Assembly (NCBI RefSeq): GCF_964188315.1
Contig: NC_135667.1
Coordinates: 5,828,001-5,892,000 of the forward strand
DNA from: Podarcis muralis
Taxonomy: Eukaryota
Length of the DNA stretch: 64,000 nucleotides
Reading direction: 5' to 3'
Made by a program: the position numbers and the translations under genes. The stretch's first letter is position 1, and each line of letters starts with the position of its first letter. A model generated the notes under the pieces. The model was not told the origin of the DNA. It saw nothing but the letters and a program-made list of their open reading frames with translations, and did no database searches. Positions 37,228 through 49,400 of the stretch are shown here, one piece after another.

Positions 37228-40200
37228 TGCATCTTATGACTGACAGGCTTGGACTCAGCCACACTGGCAAAGGCCAAGATCAAGAGAGACCAAGCCTAAG
37301 AGGGCCACGGATTCCAGCCACCCTGAAGTAAGACGTCAAAAGCCAGGGGAAATCCGACGCTGCGTGCTCATTCCTGTCAATCTGACACCGAGGAATCTGA
37401 GCTCTACCCACTTTTCTGATTTCCGGGTCAGCTGCCACAAGTCTGCCCTAACCACTAGGCAGTCTTGATATTCTTTTTCTTTGGCGATCTCTCGTAGCTG
37501 AAAACATTGGCAGCATTAAGATAAATTCAACAGTGTAAATAAGTTTTGACAGATGCAATCATGGAATACTGAATGGTACAGTTTTTTATGTAAAATATGC
37601 AGGGATTTATGATAAGCAAAATGAACCATAGGAAGTTCGCAGATGATACAACGGTGGTTGATTTAATCACGGCTGGAGAGGGGGAGGCGGTCTATAGGAA
37701 GGAAGTTGAGCAGTTGGGGGAGTGGTGCAGGAAAAACAACTTACTCCTTAACTTAAAGAAAACAAAAGAGATCTTTGTGGACTTTAGGAAATGTAAATTG
37801 AATATTCAGCCACTTATTATTGAGGGGAAGTGCGTGGAACAGGTCTCGGTGTTTCGATTTCTGGGAATGGAGTTGAGAGACGACCTAACCTGGGGAGAAA
37901 ACAGCAAAGACTTGATGAAGAGAGCACAGCAGAGGTTATATTTTCTGAGAATCCTCCGGAAAAACAATCTCAGAGGACCTGTTGATGGCATTTTACCATT
38001 GTACTGTTGAGAGTGTATTAACTTATGGTCTGTGTGTGTGGTTTGGAAGCTGCACGGCCAGGGAAAAAACAACGCTGTCCAGGGTTGTAAAGACTGCGGA
38101 GAGAATAATTGGGTGCACTCTTCCCACTTTGGATCAATTCTATGCTTCCAGGTGCCATAAGAAAGCTGTAGAGATAGCACAGGATAGTGCGCACCCCAGA
38201 AATGATCTCTTTCAGCTTCTGCCTTCTGGAAGAAGGTACAGGGTTATAAAGACCAGGACTAGCCACCTGAGAAACAGTTTCTATGCAAATGCAATTCTGG
38301 TTCTAAACGCAGCATAAGGAGTCTCTATAGTATATTGTATTTTAAAATGTGGTTTCAGAGTTTTTAGGGGTTTTTGAATGTTTTTTGTAGTTTTTCAGTT
38401 TCATTGTTGTGTATGGGACAATGACAATAAAGATATTGTATATCGAAAGGGAAGAAGGGAAGTCACTGATATTTTAATGAATATTTTAAATTGTAAAACA
38501 GAACATTTAATAATGGTGTGATTGTGAGATAGAGGGTGAGTTTATATAAACTCTATCTCACAAACCACACCATTTCTCATGACATCTCTCCTTTGCTCTT
38601 CACTTTTAGCCTGTCTGTGGATCCTCCTTTGGAGTTCAGTCCATGCAGGTAAAGTTGGTTTCCATTTTTGTTTAATTGATTTTACTAAGCAGTTGCACGG
38701 GATGGCCGGGGTGTCAATTTTGTATATGGTTAAATTCACAGCTCAGGTGCATCTGACAGCAGCAAAAGGCAGAAATCCAGTAGGTCAAATTTTCCACAAT
38801 GGGAGATGTGGCTATAAGCAAGGTATCACCTGTTGGCTTTTTGTTGCTGCTGAGTGTGTCGAACCAAACGTTCTGGAAGGCCGGCAAATGCCACCTTGCT
38901 AGTCAAGAAAACCCCAAAACTAAATGGTAGTCGTTGCAAGAATGAACACATACCGTATTTTTCGCTCTATAAGACACACTTTTCCCCCTTCAAAAATTAA
39001 GGGGAAATGTGTGTGCATCTTATGGAGCGAATGCAGGCTCCTTGGCTTCAGCGATAGCAACGCGAAGCCTCCGAAGCGCAGAGGGAGAGCTGCCCCTGCG
39101 AGCTCCTCCGGAGGCTTCATGCTGCTTTCGCTGAAGCCACCTGAAGCCCCCGGAGTGCAGCAGGAGTTCCCGCTGCACTCCGAAGGCTTGCGGATAGCCG
39201 CCTGAAGCCTGGAGAGCGAGAGGGGTCAGTGCACACCGATCCCTCTTGCTCTCCAGGCTTCGCTTCTCTGGAGAGGCGCTAAACAGCTGTCCCTCTCTGC
39301 ACAGCGCTCCTTCAGCGAAGTGGGAGAAGAAATGGAAGGGGCTCCGTTTCTCCTGCCGCTTCGCTGAAGGGGCACTGAGCAGAGAGGGGGAGAATTATTA
39401 TTTTTCCTGTTCTCTGCCTCCTATGGTCCGGTGCGTCCTATAGAGCGAAAAGTACGGTGTGTGTTTATATTCCTTTGCTTCGGTCTTTCCCCAAATAAGA
39501 TACCCTCTTTATTCTGTGCTCCTTCGCTTCTCAGAGCATCTTTGCCCTCTTGGTTTCATGCGTTTGTTTCCTGACTGGCTGGCTTACCTCTCCTCCTCTG
39601 TGATCTCCAGGGATCCCACCTGCAGCAATTCTTTCCTTGGATCCCCAGCACCACATCTACATGAAAGGTGAAAAGGTGATTCTCACTTGTTCGGCTCCTG
39701 TTGGCCCGAAGGTGGCAGGATACACCTTCTTCAAAGAACAGCAAGATCGGACCTTCAAGGAGTTGCCCAATAGTGGAATGGGGCCTTATGAGATGTTCCA
39801 TGTCAATGAAGATACCGTTGGGAATTACAGCTGTGTGTACTGGATCATGCCCTCAGGACAGGAAATCTGGTCCCCACAGAGCAACCTTGTCTTTGTAGCC
39901 ATGGCAGGTGAGCATCTTTGCATTTTACTGTTTGGTGTTGTCTCTTTCATTCGCAACACGAGAGAGAGAGGAGCACTGTGTTCTGAAAGAAGGATTTCAA
40001 TTTTTAAATATATAAATTTATTTATTTGGTTTTTCAGACTAAAATTTTACACTCACATCCAACATAGAAACAAGATTCCAAAAATCGCCTGGACTTCCCT
40101 CTCCCCTTTTGTTAATCCTATTCTTAATCATTTTTTAACAATCTTTTACCTCTCCATTGTGTCCAAAATTCGCCATTAAACTACAAGTGTTATTCCAAGT

Positions 40201-42884
40201 CTACTAACGATCTTAACTGTTTACAATGGTTTTTAAGATAAATTATAATTTTTCCCCATTTCTTATTAAAATGTTGGTCTTCCTGATTTCTTATTCTTCC
40301 AGTCATTTTAGCCATTTCAGAGTAATCCATCAACTTGATCTGTCATTTTTCTCTGGTAGGGACTTTATCTCCTTTCCGTCTATGGGCCAATAACATCCGT
40401 GCAGTCATGGTCGCATACATAAATAGTATTTTCTGCTCCCTTCGGATTTTGGCACCTAGAATTCCTAATAGGAAGGCTTCAGGGCGGGTTTTAAAGAAAA
40501 GGTTATTTGAAACATTTTTTTTTCAACTCACTGTATATCATTTCCCAAAATTCTTTTACTACCTTACATTTCCACCACATGTGATGAAAGGTGCCCTGAA
40601 AGAGGGATTTCAGACTGCCTAGAAGGTTTATAAGGTGAGCAGGTTCTGATAAGGAAAGGATCAGAGTTGATTTACTGAATGCAACTTCCTTCAGAGTAAA
40701 CATAGTGTGGGAACTTGCATGTATGAATCTTCCTTGTTGAGTTATTAAATATCAGGCGACTCTAACTTAAGCCCATTAATTTCACTGGGTCTGGTCTGAG
40801 TAGAACTTACTGGCCAGCAACACATTCTCAGGTCTCAAGGTGCAGATCTTTTTGGGAGAGTGGCAGTGGTGTAATCTGGGTGAAGAGTCTTCCTTGCCAA
40901 ATTTGCACGTGGCACAACGGGTCAGTGCTTCTTCTTTCTTCTTCTTTGGCGATCCCTCGTAGCCAAGTAAGATTGTCTTCCATAAACATGGTTTTAACAG
41001 TGAGTCCGTAAGTGACTGCGGAGGCCAATTCTGGATCCACACATCCTTCCTCAATGCGGACATAGGTTTCCGGGCAGGAGTTGATCACAGTGAGGGTTTG
41101 CCAAGCGTGCCTTCCTCTTAGCATGTTTCTCCCTTGCGTCCTGACTTCGAGCATCTTCAAAGTCCATGACACCTTTGGTAAAGGCTGTTCTCCAACTGGA
41201 GCGCTTGCAGGCAAGTGTTTCCCAATTGTCATTGTTTATACTTCAATTCTTTAGATTTGCCTTGAAAGAGTCTTCAAATCTCTTTTATTGACCACCAGCA
41301 TTACGCTTTCCATTTTTAAGTTGGGAATAGAGTAGTTGCTTTGGAAGACGATCATCAGGCATCCGCACAACATGACCAGTCCAATGAGGTTGATGTTGAA
41401 GAATCATTGCTTCGACACTGGTGATCTTTGCTTCTTCCAGTACACTGGCATTAGTTCGCCTGTCTTCCCAAGTGATGTGTACAATTTTTCAGAGACACCG
41501 TTGATGGAATCTTTTGAGGAGTAGACAAAGTGGGTCAGTGCATCTAGCTATTATCCAGAAGGTTGGTGTTTCAAGCCCACCAAAGGGCAGTTGTGAGCAG
41601 GATTCCTGCATTCTATGGACTCGATGACTCTTGGGATACCTTCCAACTCAACAATTCTATGATTCTAAATTCAGAAAATAAACTTCTTCAGGCACATGCC
41701 CAGTAATCAACAAAACAATATACCAGCCTTAGACCCCTGAGTTCCCATAGAACTGTCTGACCTTTGTTGAACGGTCACAGAAACTGGATAGCGAGAAATA
41801 TTTGTACAACTGGCATTGGAAACCCACAAAATGCTCACAATTGTGTACGGAGACGAAGCCGTAACTCGAAAGACAGTGTATGAGTGGTTTAAGCGTTTCC
41901 GTGAAGGGCGGCAAATGTTGACAGAATCCGTGAGTTATTGATGCGGGGTCGGCGTTTGTGCGTCCGAATGATGGCAGAAGAATTGCATATTCAGCATGAA
42001 ATCGTTACTGAGGTACTGAGTTGTCCCACCCTCCATATTCTCCCAATCTGGCCCCACCAGATTTCTTTCATTTTCCAAAACTGAAATCTGCACTGAAAGG
42101 ACACAGGTTTTCAAACATTTCACACATCTAAGCTGCTGTGACGAGGGAACTGAAAGCAGTACAAATAGAGAACTTCTCCAGAAGTTCCAGCAGTTCTACG
42201 AACGTTGTCAATGCTGCATTGTATCAGAGGAGGCCTACTTTGAAGGCCTGTAAGGCATGCATGTTCAAATATTTCTCGCTGTCCGATTTCTGTGACCATT
42301 CACCGAATTTTCCGGTCACACCTTGTAGTGGTGCATACTCTAGTTATCTCCCGCTTGGACTACTGCAATGTGCTCTACGTGGGGCTACCTTTGAAGGTGA
42401 CCCGGAAACTACAAGTAATCCAGAAGGCGGCAGCTAGACTGGTGACTGGGGGCGGCCGCCAAGACCATATAACACCGGTCTTGAAAGACCTACACTGGCT
42501 CCCAGTACGTTTCCGAGCACAATTCAAAGTGTTGGTGTTGACCTTTAAAGCCCTAAACGGCCTCGGCCCAGTATACCTGAAGGAGCATCTCCACCCCCAT
42601 CATTCTGCCCAGACACTGAGGTCCAGCGCCGAGGGCCTTCTGGCGGTTCCCTCACTGCGAGAAGCAAAGCTACAGGGAACCAGGCAGAGGGCCTTCTCGG
42701 TGGTGGCGCCCGCCCTGTGGAACGCCCTCCCATCAGATGTCAATGAGATAAACAACTACCTGACTTTCAGAAGACATCTTAAGGCAGCCCTGTTCAGGGA
42801 AGTTTTTAATGTGTATTTTTGGTTTTTGTGGAAGCCGCCCAGAGTGGCTGGGGAAACACAGCCAGATGGGCGGGGTACAAATAA

Positions 42885-42932
<48 letters not shown>

Positions 42933-43901
42933 GCTTCCTTTACAGGCCAAGTGGACCACAAGCTCTTAACTACTAAGCCATGTCTAGCTCACCTGCTCAT
43001 AACTTCTCCTTTGTGGATGATTCCTGCAGATCCCCCTCCTTTTCCGGTGCTGAAAGTGGATCCTCCGTCTGGAGTGGTGAACGAAGGGGACTCCCTGCGC
43101 CTCACTTGCTTGGCCAATGGGACCATAACCGAGAAGAGATTCCACTTCTTCAAGGATGGTGCTGAGATGGACACCAGTCATGAAGGATCCAGAGAACCTG
43201 CAAATACCTCACCAAACGCCTCTGTGAGCATCTTACAAGCCACGGTCAACCACAGTGGAGAATTTGCTTGCAGTTATGAGGAAGCGATTGGTGGCCGATG
43301 GGTTATGTCTCCGTGGAGCAAGACAGGGAAAGTCGTGGTGAATGTCCCAGGTGAGTCATTTTGGGGAAGTGAGAGCCATCTTTAGCAGTAGCACAATCCA
43401 CTTTAATGTATTGTGTGAAAATGAGGCTATCAATATGTCTGGTCTTCCACAAGGGACACAATTATTGCCATCTTCTTTATTTCATATGCTGCGTCTCAAC
43501 CTTCATGCTTGGGGGGAATGGAGGGGGACGGATGGAGATGGAGAGGTCTGCTCACATTTTATCCTATGTTTAGAGAAGTTTTTAATATTTAATGCTGTAC
43601 AGTGGTACCTCGGGTTACAAACGCTTCAGGTTACAGACTCCGCTAACCCAGAAAAATTACCTCGGGTTAAGAACTTTGCTTCAGGATGAGAACAGAAATC
43701 GTGCTCCGGCGGCCCGACAGCAGCAGGAGGCCCCATTAGCTAAAGTGGTGCTTCAGGTTAAGAACAGTTTCAGGTTAAGAACGGACCTCTGGAACGAATT
43801 AAGTACTTAACCCGAGGTACCACTGTATTGTTTTTAACAATTGATTGGGAGCCACCCAGAGTGGCTGGGGAAACCCAGCCAGATGGGTGGGGTATAAATA
43901 A

Positions 43902-43951
<50 letters not shown>

Positions 43952-44270
43952 GTTCTGCTCATGTTGTGAATGGGTTTCCGGAACGGATCCTGGTCGCAAC
44001 CAGAGGTACCACTGTGCCGTCATTAAAGAGATAAAAATCAACATTCAGAAATTATTCTTGGGACCTTTTTCAAATGACGTCACGCCTTCAGGACGAAAGA
44101 CCCAAGCGAAACACAACGAACAAATAACGGATTCCTCTTTATTCCTTTCAGGTCAGGGGCCACATTCATCGGCACCACCATCACCCACACCAAATCCATC
44201 CCTGTCACTGGGATATTTGCGCTTGGCTCCTACGCTCCTGATCCTGATGGTCCCACTCGCTTTCTGTTGA
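36380..44270 (+). CDS. Ig-superfamily activating-type receptor 'gene B' (2 Ig, TM with Arg, no cytoplasmic tail; 266 aa)
   Basis: Exons 36380-36404, 38610-38648, 39611-39907, 43030-43350, 44152-44270 (801 nt, all phase 1, open). Signal MKFAALITACLWILLWSSVHA; C-terminus PSLSLGYLRLAPTLLILMVPLAFC*. First donor (GTTTGG) is weak. Confidence 0.8.
36505..37225 (+). mobile_element. L2 3' fragment interrupted by a full-length Sauria SINE (36737-37088), ending in (ATC)n
   Basis: L2 sequence resumes after the SINE with taatgtt duplication. Confidence 0.8.
37629..38445 (+). mobile_element. Rex1/Babar-clade LINE fragment
   Basis: KFADDTTVVDLI...EV..L..WC..NNL.LN.KKTKE..VDFRK...AQQRLYFLR.L, then HCTVESVLTYG..VWFGSC in a second frame. 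Confidence 0.85.
38953..39457. mobile_element. pogo/Tigger-like non-autonomous DNA transposon
   Basis: TIRs ccgtatttttcgctctataag / ctatagagcgaaaagtacgg; related to 5430-5688 and 59438-59602. Confidence 0.8.
40010..40600 (-). mobile_element. L1 LINE 3' fragment
   Basis: FHHMWWKC..VKEFWEMIYSELKK (40503-40703) and ORF2 end on minus strand. Confidence 0.8.
40935..41530 (-). mobile_element. RTE-clade LINE 3' fragment
   Basis: Reverse-strand homologue of 17786-18325. Confidence 0.8.
41805..42290 (+). mobile_element. mariner transposase remnant (internally deleted)
   Basis: TVYEWFKRFREGR and PYSPNLAP.DFF.FPKLKS.LKG.RF...YFEG motifs with frameshifts. Confidence 0.75.
42321..42930 (+). mobile_element. 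L2 LINE 3' fragment with (TTA)n tail
   Basis: ORF 42292-42933 SRLDYCN.LYVGLP...DLHWLPVRFRAQFKVL. Confidence 0.9.
43600..43825. mobile_element. Tc1/mariner-superfamily MITE (cagtggtacc family)
   Basis: TIRs with TA TSD. Confidence 0.85.
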
Positions 44271-45559
44271 AGGAGAAAGAGGAGCTAAAGATAATGTTGG
44301 GGCTTTCAGGTGTCCCCTTCCGTTCTGTGCATGACCTGGAAGGCGGTCTCCGACCTGCAGTGGGGACAGTTTCCAGGATGGGACCAAAGTCTATGTCAGC
44401 CCTGTCTATCATGGGGGGGGGGGAGTGTTCCAGAAGAAGGCCTTCTCCACTGGTGGCTGCCATGGGGGGTCAGGGCATGGGGTCACCTGCCCTCAGAAAA
44501 TGATTGCTTGGTTTTCATGGAGCATTGCTTTGTATTTACAATATGACCTGTTTGAGTGTTTTCTTTGTCATTAAAGGAATCTTTCAAATAAATAAGTAAA
44601 GCAAAACTTTTTTTGATTCAGTCTTAAACAAACAAAACTCTGGAGGTTTCTGGACGGGGTAGGGCCCTACCAGTGCCGGATTTACGTACAAGATATAGCT
44701 TAGGGCCCCACTCTCTTGGGGGGCCCAAAAAAATTAAAGGGAAAAAACTGGATGTACGTTTCAAAAATATAAGATAAAAACCTAGATTATGAGTCTTTGT
44801 AAATTGTGTTTCTAAATGAACTTTTGTTATTGCCAAATGCCAATGTGATTGCGTTATTAATTTTGTTATGAATAAAAAATCATTTTAAGTTAGATCTTAA
44901 TAATTATTTCACTATTAATATACTTCTTCTTAATTGTATTTCACTATTAATATACTTCTTCTTAATTGTATTTCAGTTCAACAATTATTTTGATAAAATA
45001 CATATTATGTGCAAATGGCAATAATAATAATAATAATAGTAATAATAATAATAATTTATTTATATCCCACCCTCCCCAGCTGAAGCCAGGCTCAGAGTGG
45101 CTAATACCTATTAGGTTCATAAATTACCATATAGCCTATATTCAACACAAAAACAGTGACAAATTGCTGTTGACAAAGGACAGCTGGACATAGAAAGGGC
45201 CCTGTTACCTTCAGTAGCTGAGGGCCTCATCAAACCTAAATCCAGCCCTGGGCCCTACATGGCAACTCTGTTGGCGGCTTGGTTCCCACCAGGGTTTCGC
45301 CTGAAGGCAAATAAAACTACCACCTTGCTGAATCTATGTATCTTTGGATCTGGTCAATGCCTGGCTGTGTGGCTGCCAGGGAACCACAATTAATGTTTCA
45401 CATTGTTCTTAACTACGTACTCGTTGTTGATAATTTTGATATTTCCTTTAAGCTACAGTCAAGCTTTTACTGCAGTCCAGCAATAGAGACATTTTCTTAA
45501 CTAACCAAAGAAATATATGTTTGCCAACAGAAGAAAGGGGTGGGATCTAAATGTAAATA

Positions 45560-45801
45560 CAGTGGTACTTCAGGTTACATACGCTTCAGGTTACATATGC
45601 TTCAGGTTACAGACTCCGCTAACCCAGAAATAGTGCTTCAGGTTAAGAACTTTGCTTCAGGATGAGAACAGAAATCGTGCTCCGGCGGCGCGGCAGCAGC
45701 AGGAGGCCCCATTAGCTAAAGTGGTGCTTCAGGTTAAGAACAGTTTCAGGTTAAGAACGGACCTCCGGAACGAATTAAGTACTTAACCTGAGGTACCACT
45801 G
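45560..45801. mobile_element. Tc1/mariner-superfamily MITE (cagtggtacc family)
   Basis: TIRs with TA TSD. Confidence 0.85.
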
Positions 45802-46417
45802 TAAATACAGTTTCGGCTGAGGTTCTCAGCATGTTGCACTGAAATCTGCTTCTTCAATGCGTGTGTTTTCACATTTCCAAGTTGAATTCTAACTTGACTT
45901 CTTTAAACTGTACTTGGGAAAGAGGAGGGGGCAGAAGCTTCTCAGAGGAGTTTGGCAGGCTGGAAGCAGCTAATACCAGCTTCCCAGAGCAGGAGCTTTC
46001 CTTCCAATCTCCCGATCATCTTTTGGCTATCCGTCTATGCAGGTAAAGTTGAGTTCTGCTCTTCCCTTCGCCCATCCTCCTGCACATTGTTCCATTTGGG
46101 TTTCTTCAAGAAGTTTGACCGCAGAGAAGAACAGGTGATGGCACTGCAAGATCAGATGTGGTTAGCAGTTTCTAGATGGCTAAAGCTTGTGGTTATGGCT
46201 AAAGCCTATAGGCCGAGTTCTGCACACAGCTCAGGGTGTGTGTCTATACAATGATCAGGAGTCAAGGGTGTGATGTTGTGCTTCCTGTCTTTAGTCTTTG
46301 CTTTGAGAAGACAGACTTCGGCAAGGCCGGTTCATTGTCTCTCTTGGGACAGAAACCAGAGAGAAGGTGGATTTGGGGCTCCAGCCGTGGTTGTTCTTCC
46401 AGGGATACTGGCTGAGG

Positions 46418-49400
46418 ATGAAGTCTGCTGCTTTGGTGACAGGTTGGTGACCTCTCTGCCCAACTCAGATTGGAAATTTGCCGTCTATCTCACATTCACA
46501 CTGCATCTCTCCTTTGCTCTTCACTTCCAGTCTGTCTCCAGATCCTCATCGGGAGATCAGTCCAGGCAGGTAAAGCGGATTTCCGTTCTTCTTTCAACTT
46601 TTCTGATAGGAGACAGAAGCTCTATGGGATGTAGGAGTGTCAGATTTTGCATGATTGGGTGGATGGCGGCTAACAGATTGAGGCTGAATCCTGACAAGAC
46701 AGAAGTACTGTTTTGGGGGACAGAGGGCGGGCAGGTGTGGAGGACTCCCTGGTTCTGAATGGGGTAACTGTGCCCCTGAAGGACCAGGTGTCCAGCCTGG
46801 GAGTCATTTTGGACTCACAGCTGTCCATGGAGGCGCAGGTCAATTCTGTGTCCAGGGCAGCTGTCTACCAGCTCCATCTGGTATGCAGGATGAGACCCTC
46901 CCTGCCTGCGGACTGTCTCACCAGAGTGGGGCATGCTCTGGTTATCTCCCACTTGACATACATGGCAACATTTTGTTGCAGGCCACCCTGGTCTCCTGCC
47001 CTGCCACACTTGGGCGGTCTTACGTTTTGCATTTTGAAGGGAAATGGGGCATCGCCAAACAAGGCTTGCTTCTTATTCCTTATCTGTTTATTTGCTTCTC
47101 AGACCCCCTTCGTCCTCCGTTCTTCTCTGTGTCCCCAAAGCTTGACACCTATAGCAGTGGGGAGATTGTGAACTTCACATGCTCTGCTCCTGAAAACCTT
47201 CTCATGTCGAGGGTTCTCTTTCGGAAGGACCGATGGCTGTTGTATGGCTACAGGCCCCCTTCTCCTCTGGCCTCCTTAACGCACATGAAGCGCTTGTTTC
47301 CTCGACACAGCGGGGATCATTTTTGCACGTACCAAGCTGCGGAATCGAGCTGGAACATCTCATCCCCCAAAAGCAGAAGGATCAGGATTTCAGTGATGGG
47401 TGAGGCCTTAAAAAACGCATTATTCCCTTGGAAGATGAAGGGGAAGGACGCCCTAGAATGTCCCAGGTTCAATCCCCGTTGTCTCCTGGTAGGTCTGGGA
47501 AACTCTCCTTCCTGAGGACCTAGAGAGAGATGCTGCCAGTCAGTGTATACAATGCTAGCAGGACCACTGGTCTGGCGTGGTTATAAGCCAGCGGGTGACA
47601 TTCTTAGATACCAGGGTTACCTCGGAAGTGGGAATCTTCTTGATATCTGCTCAGACTGCAATGTGGGTCTTTTTTTCTTGGACGATAGCGCTGTAACCCT
47701 TAGTCAAACATGAATCCAGTTACAGATAGGTAGCCGTGTTGGTCTGCCATAGTCAAAACAAGAATCGCAAGACAGAGAAACCAGTAGGAGAACACTTCAA
47801 TCTCCCAGGACATTCTATACAAGATCTCAAAGTAGCTGTTTTACTACAAAGGAATTTCAGAAATAGACTGGAAAGGGAAGCTGCTGAATTGCAACTCATT
47901 ACCAAACTTAAAACCATGGAGAGACCTGGTCTGAACAAAGACATTGGATTCTTATCTCATTATACATGACAAAGCCATTTTTCACCATCTCACCCCTTAC
48001 TTTTTCCTGTAAGACCTATTGCAGTCGTTAAGAGTCGTCAACAGGCTCATCACAGCTATCTGCCAATCACCCATTCCCACCACCCTTCTGAGTAATACCC
48101 CTCCCCACCTTCTCACTATATAGAAGGATCTGGCAACTTCTGTTTCAGTGTATCTGAAGAAGTGTGCATGCACACGAAAGCTCATACCAAGAACTAACTT
48201 AGTTGGTCTTTAAGGTGCTACTGGAAGGAATTTTTTTTGTTTCAAACATGAATACTACTCATGAGTAAGAAACCAGGCAAGGGGCCTAGGGGCAAGCTGG
48301 AAAGCTCCGACACATCACCCTCATATCAGTTACTTCTTTTATAATAATTTTTGTTGGTTTTACAATCTGGTTTTAAATTCACAGAAAAAATCCAATAAAA
48401 AAATACAGAATTCTCGGACCCTCCCTTTTGTGGAGTCCACAAATAACCCTTTTCACTGTAAATCATATTATCCTCCAAAAAACTCTATTTTCTCCTATAG
48501 TTCTTTTCACATTGCAAGTGTTATTTCAACCTTGGTAATGTTTTTAACCGTTTACAGTGTTCTGTGAAATATATTACAATCTGCCCCCTGATATAGCCCT
48601 GAAAAATTATGGAACGCTTCACAAATTTGCGTGAAAAAAATTATAGCCCTGAAAAAATATGGAACGCTTCACAAATTTGCGTGTCATCCTTGCACAGGGG
48701 CCATGCTAATTTTTCCTGTATCATTCCAATTTTAGTACTGCTAGGTTGGCAGGAGCAGGGACCAAGCAACGGGAGCTCACCCCGTCGTGGGGATTAGAAC
48801 CGCCAACCTTCTGATCGGCAAGTCCTAGGCTCTGTGGTTTAACCCACAGCGCCACCCGCGTCCCTTGACATGAGTAGTACAGATCCTCAAACAGGGATCA
48901 AGAGTTTAGCCAGCTAACATTTACCTTCCCGGACACTGCACATTTCCCCTGAATGTTGCGCAACACAGGCTCCTGATCTTCTACTCTCCCCTCCTGAAGT
49001 CCAAGTGGGGAATTCATGAACCCACAACTCTCTGTTGGCAACCCTGCCTGGATTAACCCGATTTAGTTATGGCTTGCCCCTTAAAACCTCCGTGAGCCAC
49101 AGACTCCTAATCACTTAGCCATTGTACTCATTTTCCTTTACGGACGGCTCCTGTAGCTCCTCCTCCTGCCCCGGTGCTGACAGTGGCTCCTCCGTCTGGA
49201 GTGGTGAAGGAAGGGGGATTCCTGCGCCTCACTTGCTCGGCCTTTGGCAGCGACGCAGAGCAAAGGTTCCATTTCTACAAGGATGGGGTCAAGATTTCCT
49301 CCAGCAGTGAAGAGTCTCTGGCGGACTCCGGAGAACCCAGGAATGCCTTCTTGAACGCCTCTGCAGACATCCTGGTCCAAGTCACAGCCAGCATCTACAC

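Noticed and set aside
44268-44270. Selenocysteine or programmed readthrough at gene B TGA
   Set aside because: No SECIS-like or TGA-CTAG context recognised; a TGG>TGA mutation is simpler.
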